Positions 38,063 through 43,025 of a stretch of DNA of 43,025 nt are shown one piece after another (the stretch's first letter is position 1; each line of letters begins with the position of its first letter). The translations under genes were made by a program, and so were the position numbers. The stretch comes from Dehalococcoidaceae bacterium (lineage in GTDB: Bacteria > Chloroflexota > Dehalococcoidia > Dehalococcoidales > CSSed11-197). The notes under the pieces were generated by a model. That model did not search any database. It was not told where the DNA came from and worked only from the letters and a program-made list of their open reading frames with translations. The stretch is taken from contig JAFGLQ010000059.1 of NCBI GenBank assembly GCA_016928015.1, forward strand, positions 1-43,025, in the 5' to 3' direction.

Positions 38063-39103
38063 TCAAAGGTCTTTACCCAGTTCATTTATTAACAGTATCA
38101 TTTGATTCAAACGCCCGGCGCTTTTTCTGTTGGATTTGAAGGCTAGTCTGGGCTTTTCCAACAGTGCTGGCTCATCCTCTTCCGCGCTCAACGGGTCTGA
38201 GCGCCTGATATCCCCGCTGGTGATGATATCTTTAAACAATTGATTAAGTTCAAGAATATGGTTATCTGATAAAACCCTTTCCAGGCGGATTACCATGCTG
38301 TCTTCAACCTGTCTCAAAGAATGATAAGTTGAGTAATAATGATTTATCCAGCTAACAGCCTCTGCCGGCGAATACACTATTTTATAGAAAGAAAGATCTT
38401 CGGGAGAAATCAGGCTTCTGCTCAACAGTTGCTGGCGAATAAATGCATCCCAGCTTTCCCAGTAGTTTTCTCCTTCCAATTCCATCAGAACTACCGGCAT
38501 GGGAGGTGATTTCCCTGTTTGCAGCAGGGTGAGCACTTCAAAACCCTCATCGTGAGTACCAAAACCACCCGGTAAAAGAGCGAAAGCATTGGCTTCCATC
38601 ACGAAAAAGAGTTTCCGGGTAAAAAAATACTTGAACCTCATAACCTTGGGGTCATCCCTGATTATTGAGGTCGGGCCGGATTCGAAGGGCAGCAGGATGT
38701 TTACACCAAAACTGCTGGAGGCTCCAGCCCCTTCGATCCCTGCGCGCATGATGCCTTCGGACGCACCGGTGATAACCATGTAGTTATTCTCAGATAAAAG
38801 TCGGCCCAGTTCTCTTGCCAGCGAATAATACGGATCGGATGATGTTGTACGGGCTGAACCAAAAATTGATACCTTTCGAATCCCCCGGTATGGCTTGAAC
38901 ACCCGGGCTGCATACCGGAATTCAGCCAGAGCCCGGTTAATGACCTTGAGATCGAGGATATTCAGTTCATCCCTTTTGCATTTAAGGGCGTTTACAATAA
39001 GGTCCTGATATAGCAGGGTTCGTAAATCGCTGCCGTCAGCATGTGCAACTTCGCCAACGAGTTTGAGGAGTTCCCCGGGCTTGATACGCTTTTCAATTTT
39101 CAT
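38063..39103 (-). CDS. LOG-family (TIGR00730-like) Rossmann protein with ~70-aa N-terminal and ~120-aa C-terminal extensions
   Basis: 346 aa. VSIFGSAR, VITGASEGIM, LLPGGFGTHDEGFEVLTL (PGGxGTxxE). The extensions are reminiscent of PpnN-type nucleotide nucleosidases. Confidence 0.8.
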   Translation of the reverse strand: MKIEKRIKPGELLKLVGEVAHADGSDLRTLLYQDLIVNALKCKRDELNILDLKVINRALAEFRYAARVFKPYRGIRKVSIFGSARTTSSDPYYSLARELGRLLSENNYMVITGASEGIMRAGIEGAGASSSFGVNILLPFESGPTSIIRDDPKVMRFKYFFTRKLFFVMEANAFALLPGGFGTHDEGFEVLTLLQTGKSPPMPVVLMELEGENYWESWDAFIRQQLLSRSLISPEDLSFYKIVYSPAEAVSWINHYYSTYHSLRQVEDSMVIRLERVLSDNHILELNQLFKDIITSGDIRRSDPLSAEEDEPALLEKPRLAFKSNRKSAGRLNQMILLINELGKDL

Positions 39104-39159
39104 TGGAATGGGACTCGATTATATAAGGGTAATACTAACAAAAATACTACCTTTCCTGG

Positions 39160-39906
39160 CTAGTTCAGGCTAAATTCGGGATATTTATCGGTGAATTGAA
39201 AGTAAGCATAGGCTGCTACTCGAAGGCTCCACCGGAAAAATCCCACAATAAAATTAAATAGACTGCGGGGCACCCTGCCGGTAAACAAAATGGCAAACCA
39301 GATGAATACCACGCAGATACAAACAGCAATCGTCAGAAACCCAAGCACGATATAGTGGGGTATCGCCAGAAACCATTTAATCAACGGCAGGCCCTGGCTT
39401 AATTCCCTTTCCGCATCAGGGTAGGGGATTTCTATATGGACATTCTGGTCTTCATCTGTCGACGGGTAAACATCCGTCAGCAGCATAAAGTAGCTACCCA
39501 CGCGGGTGATGAATTTTATCAATGCAGCATAATAATCGAACCACCATTTCGGGTATTTGCGGCGGAAAACGAGCATGAGCACCATCGGGTTGAACAGGTT
39601 ACTTATGAAACCGAACACAAACATTGCTAAAGGTAATAACAGTGCGGCAATGGCAGTCAGGATAATAAGATCACCGATCTCAATTCCGGCAGTGGAAAAA
39701 CTGGTGAAGAAGTAATGCAATTCCTGCTCGTCGGTGTTGTATTGAGTACCGATCTCAAGAATTGGCAGCGTGTGCATCATTATCAATGCAATAAAGCCTA
39801 TGGGTATAAAGGTGATAGCTCTGAAAAAGCTGGTCAGGCGGTTTACGGGGTGGTCAGGGTAGTCGATCGATAGCGTGATTGGGTTATCGGTCTCATCAGT
39901 ATTCAT
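39160..39906 (-). CDS. DUF4389-like polytopic membrane protein
   Basis: 248 aa from ATG 39906, with an AAGGAG SD 7 nt upstream. IKWFLAIPHYIVLGFL...WFAILFTGRVPRSLFNF...LRVAAYAY.FTDKYPEF matches my recollection of DUF4389. Confidence 0.75.
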   Translation of the reverse strand: MNTDETDNPITLSIDYPDHPVNRLTSFFRAITFIPIGFIALIMMHTLPILEIGTQYNTDEQELHYFFTSFSTAGIEIGDLIILTAIAALLLPLAMFVFGFISNLFNPMVLMLVFRRKYPKWWFDYYAALIKFITRVGSYFMLLTDVYPSTDEDQNVHIEIPYPDAERELSQGLPLIKWFLAIPHYIVLGFLTIAVCICVVFIWFAILFTGRVPRSLFNFIVGFFRWSLRVAAYAYFQFTDKYPEFSLN

Positions 39907-40042
39907 TAGGTTTCTCCTTACAGTGAACTCGTTAGTATCTCCAGGCCTATTTATCCAGCCCTCTTTGTCCAAATGATCATAGATATTCGCACTCCTTGCT
40001 TGAAAGAACAACCCTAGTGCAGGATGCTGATTCCTGAGACAA

Positions 40043-40282
40043 TTATGATGAAACAGCCGTTATTAACAACGATCTATTCATTGGATTATAGTATATAGCG
40101 GCTATGGTACCATGAAAATCGGCTATTATAGCTTCGCTGCTAACCGGCGCTAATCCAATACATGTTGAAGGTGTTATTTGGTCTCCTGTACCAACATAGC
40201 AATAGTCAAAACTTACCTCATATTTCCGAAATTCATTTTTAAATAGCGACATTTTGCGATTGCCTGATTTTGTTGCGTCCAT
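40043..40282 (-). CDS. Hypothetical 79-aa protein
   Basis: ORF at the head of the co-oriented 79-aa/DUF4389/LOG run. Weak SD (AAGGA, 12-nt spacer). No family recognised. Confidence 0.45.
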   Translation of the reverse strand: MDATKSGNRKMSLFKNEFRKYEVSFDYCYVGTGDQITPSTCIGLAPVSSEAIIADFHGTIAAIYYNPMNRSLLITAVSS

Positions 40283-40435
40283 TTACTGTTCAATCCTTGT
40301 TAAAATACTTTGCAGAAAACCTAATAACACGTTAACACATTGTTGTTAAAATTTGATTATGGTGTTGTAATAATAAGGTAAAAGTTTAATTAAGATTTGA
40401 TTATAAACAATGCTTGGCATAAGAGTTTTTCGTAA
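40283..40435 (-). promoter_or_regulatory. AT-rich intergenic region with two sets of 10-bp direct repeats
   Basis: ttgttaaaat at 40297-40306 and 40343-40352. atttgattat at 40351-40360 and 40395-40404. taacac at 40325-30 and 40333-38. It lies between the response-regulator stop and the 79-aa ORF start. Confidence 0.35.
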
Positions 40436-41149
40436 TTAATCAGATTCGAACTTATACCCGTATCCGTGTATTGTCATCAAGTGTTTTGGTGATCCAGGAT
40501 TTATTTCTATTTTTTTTCTTAAGGAACGAATGTGTACGTCCACGGTGCGGGCGGTGCCTTCGTAGTCGTAACCCCAGACACGTTCAACCAGGTATTCCCT
40601 ATTAAATACCTGTCCTGGTGACTGCATCAAAAACAGCAACAGATCGAACTCCTTGGGGCTTAGTTTTATGGGTTGACCGTTGCGAAGTACTTTGTGACCG
40701 GATACATCGACTCCAATTCCGGAAAACTGCAGCTTTGAGCCTAATGGTTTCCCTTTATTCTTGTCAGGACGGCTTTCCACCTCATTGCTAAGCATACGCC
40801 GTTGGATAGTGCGGATGCGAGCGATAAGCTCCCTCATACTGAATGGTTTTGTCATGTAGTCGTCACAACCCAGCTCTAGACCTAGCACCTTATCCATCTC
40901 TTCGGTTTTGGCTGAAAGAATAATTATGGGTATGAGGAATTCCTTGCGGATAAAGCGGCAAACCTCGAAGCCATCAATTCCGGGAAGCATGATATCCAGA
41001 ATAATAATGTTCGGTTTTTCCAGGCGGGCCAATTCAATGGCTGAAATACCGTTATCTGCGGTAACTACAAGAAAGCCTTCCTTTTGGAGGTTGTACCTGA
41101 TTGCCTCAACTAGGTTGCTGTCATCATCGACAACCAGAGCTTTTTTCAT
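40436..41149 (-). CDS. OmpR/PhoB-family response regulator
   Basis: 237 aa. Receiver domain (VVDDD...ILDIMLPGIDG...KP) plus a winged-helix output domain (TVDVHIRSLRKKIE...IHGYGYKF). Last gene of the pst-phoU run. Confidence 0.9.
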   Translation of the reverse strand: MKKALVVDDDSNLVEAIRYNLQKEGFLVVTADNGISAIELARLEKPNIIILDIMLPGIDGFEVCRFIRKEFLIPIIILSAKTEEMDKVLGLELGCDDYMTKPFSMRELIARIRTIQRRMLSNEVESRPDKNKGKPLGSKLQFSGIGVDVSGHKVLRNGQPIKLSPKEFDLLLFLMQSPGQVFNREYLVERVWGYDYEGTARTVDVHIRSLRKKIEINPGSPKHLMTIHGYGYKFESD

Positions 41150-41164
41150 TATTATACCTTGCGG

Positions 41165-41851
41165 CTAATACTTGGAAGCCTGGATCTCTTCAATTTTTCC
41201 GGTCGCAATAAACACCACCCGCTCGCATATATTGGTTACGCGGTCAGCGCTTCTTTCCAGATTATGGGCTACCCAAATCAACCTGGTAGCCCTGGTGATT
41301 GCTCTAGGGTCTTCCGTCATTATCACTATTAGTTCTCTAAATACCTGGCTGTAGTAAGTATCGATTTGATCGTCTTCAACGGCAATTTGCCTGGCACTTG
41401 CCGGGTCGCGGTTTATCAAGGCCTTCAGGCTATTTTGGAGCATTTGGGCTGTTTGTTCTGCCATGCGGGGTAAAATCACCAGGGGTTTAACGGGCGGCTC
41501 ATCTCCGTTCATTATGGCAATCTTGGCGATTCCTTCGGCGTGGTCAGCAATTCTTTCCAGTTCGGTTGTTATGCTTGTCATCGACACAAGTGTGCGTAAG
41601 TCGCTGGCCATTGGCTGCTGAGTTGCGATGAGCTCTACACATTGTTCTTCAATTTCGAATCGCTTTGCGTTTATTTTCAAGTCGCCGATAACAATTTCAC
41701 GGGCTAAAGCTAGGTCTCTATTTTTTAAAGCTTCTACCGAATAGAGCAATGCTTTTTCAACCATGCTGCCCATAACAAGGATTTCATCCTGAAGCCCCTT
41801 GAGTTTGTTGTGGAATTTGGCCCGTATTTCCATTTTTCCTGCTCCGTTCAT
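41165..41851 (-). CDS. phoU: Phosphate signalling complex protein PhoU
   Basis: 228 aa. Duplicated PhoU repeats with E..ADH/ER.ADR motifs (LERIADHAEGIAK, LERSADRVTNICE). ATG 41833 is an alternative start. Confidence 0.9.
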   Translation of the reverse strand: MNGAGKMEIRAKFHNKLKGLQDEILVMGSMVEKALLYSVEALKNRDLALAREIVIGDLKINAKRFEIEEQCVELIATQQPMASDLRTLVSMTSITTELERIADHAEGIAKIAIMNGDEPPVKPLVILPRMAEQTAQMLQNSLKALINRDPASARQIAVEDDQIDTYYSQVFRELIVIMTEDPRAITRATRLIWVAHNLERSADRVTNICERVVFIATGKIEEIQASKY

Positions 41852-41854
41852 CTA

Positions 41855-42649
41855 CTAACCGAACCTTCCGGTAATATAGTCTTCCGTACGCCTGTCTTTG
41901 GGTGTAGTAAAAATGTGAGTGGTTGCTCCAAATTCGACAAGCGAGCCCGAGCGGTCCTCTTCCATCATGAAGAAAGCTGTCATATCCGATACCCTGGCCG
42001 CCTGTTGCATATTATGGGTAACGATAACAATGGTATAATCCTTAGCCAGATTTCTCATAAGATCTTCGATTTTCAACGTAGCGATCGGATCGAGAGCGCT
42101 ACAGGGTTCGTCCATCAGGATAATCTCCGGTTCAACTGCCAGTACTCTAGCGATGCATAGGCGCTGCTGCTGGCCGCCGGAAAGGGCCAATGCCGATTGT
42201 TCCAGCTTGTCTTTGACTTCATCCCATAGAACTGCTTGGCGCAAGCTATTCTCTACGATTTCAATGAGTTCTCGCTTGTTGTGCTTGCCATGCTGGCGGG
42301 GGCCGAAAGCGATGTTGTCATAAATGGACATCGAAAAGGGATTGGGTTTTTGAAATACCATGCCTACCCGTTTTCTGAGGTCTACAACATCAACGGATTT
42401 CTCGTAAATTGACTGCCCGTCGAGTTTAATATCACCCGTCACCCGGGTTCCGTTTATAATATCGTTCATCCTGTTGAGCAAGCGTAGAAACGATGATTTA
42501 CCGCAACCGGATGGCCCGATTATAGCGGTGATGGCACATTGGGGGACTTCCAGGGTGATGTTTTTAAGCGCCTGGAAATTCCCATAATAAAGGTTGACTT
42601 CCCTGGCACTGATTTTGCCGCACAAGCAGGCGCCATTATAGTTTGTCAT
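41855..42649 (-). CDS. pstB: Phosphate ABC transporter ATP-binding protein PstB
   Basis: 264 aa. [37 protein letters not shown]. Confidence 0.96.
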   Translation of the reverse strand: MTNYNGACLCGKISAREVNLYYGNFQALKNITLEVPQCAITAIIGPSGCGKSSFLRLLNRMNDIINGTRVTGDIKLDGQSIYEKSVDVVDLRKRVGMVFQKPNPFSMSIYDNIAFGPRQHGKHNKRELIEIVENSLRQAVLWDEVKDKLEQSALALSGGQQQRLCIARVLAVEPEIILMDEPCSALDPIATLKIEDLMRNLAKDYTIVIVTHNMQQAARVSDMTAFFMMEEDRSGSLVEFGATTHIFTTPKDRRTEDYITGRFG

Positions 42650-43025
42650 TTACAGACTACCCTTCATCTTTTTCTGAAAACGTAGTGAAAGCATGTTGGT
42701 TAAAGTGTTAATAATAATAATGGTAATTATCAGTACTGCCCCGGTTGCCATAGCCTTGTCGAAAGCCCGGGTTTCCATGGCCAGGTAAAATACATGCAGC
42801 GACAGGGTTCTGCCACCGGAAAGAAGGGAACTGGGCATGGCGGCACTGCCTCCAAGGGTCACATACAGGCAGGCTGTTTCCTCGATCGCCCTTCCTATAC
42901 ATAGAATAATGGCAGTGATTATGCCCGGTATGGCTGTTGGCAGTACTACTCTGTATATCATTTGCCAGCGTGTAGTGCCCAGGGCAAGAGCTGCTTCCCG
43001 GTGGCTGTAGGGTACCGATTTAATT
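42650..43025 (-). CDS. pstA: Phosphate ABC transporter permease PstA (C-terminal part; gene continues beyond the window)
   Basis: The reading frame is open to the window edge (...SHREAALALGTTRWQMIYRVVLPTAIPGIITA...). It sits directly upstream of pstB. Confidence 0.88.
   Translation of the reverse strand, partial: IKSVPYSHREAALALGTTRWQMIYRVVLPTAIPGIITAIILCIGRAIEETACLYVTLGGSAAMPSSLLSGGRTLSLHVFYLAMETRAFDKAMATGAVLIITIIIINTLTNMLSLRFQKKMKGSL

Noticed and set aside
34690-40435. Integrated mobile element at tRNA-Ala, with a duplicated tRNA 3' end as attR
   Set aside because: I found no integrase, recombinase or transposase ORF. The best match to the tRNA 3' end in the block is only 8 nt (tatctcca near 39935), which is compatible with chance.

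Overview
This is a densely coded 43-kb bacterial chromosomal window with about 50 credible genes, mostly housekeeping. My unverified impression is that the gene content looks Chloroflexota/Dehalococcoidia-like.

Gene order, left to right:
- SPFH protein plus a 28-aa Cys peptide
- secreted protein with four repeat modules
- amt-glnK
- a pore-less/pore-forming K+ channel paralogue pair plus a small Cys protein
- groES-groEL with a sigma70-type promoter and a CIRCE operator
- tsaD, family-4 UDG, RNase J, FtsK, DegV
- uvrB-ruvA-ruvC-yebC, then fmt
- B12-domain radical SAM enzyme plus an overlapping mini-ferredoxin
- TPR protein-gyrA
- Cys/His mini-ORF plus nfu, then lysC
- an orphan promoter-to-terminator unit of about 300 nt
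- secG-gatB
- Moco-type riboswitch plus tupABC
- tRNA-Ala(CGC)
- a lower-GC block: coiled-coil protein, HdeD-like protein, 125-aa ORF, Crp/Fnr regulator, ArsC, long LOG protein, DUF4389 protein, 79-aa ORF
- the tail of a pstA-pstB-phoU-response regulator operon

I saw no CRISPR array, rRNA, transposase or integrase.

Leads most worth follow-up:
1. The K+ channel and its pore-less paralogue share an unrecognised ~180-aa cytoplasmic module.
2. The unclassified ~300-nt transcription unit lies between lysC and secG.
3. A divergent pair of perfectly spaced FNR-type boxes sits next to a Cys-less Crp/Fnr regulator.
4. A TPR/acidic-tail protein is tightly coupled to gyrA.

All family assignments come from reading the translations by eye. 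No database search was run.
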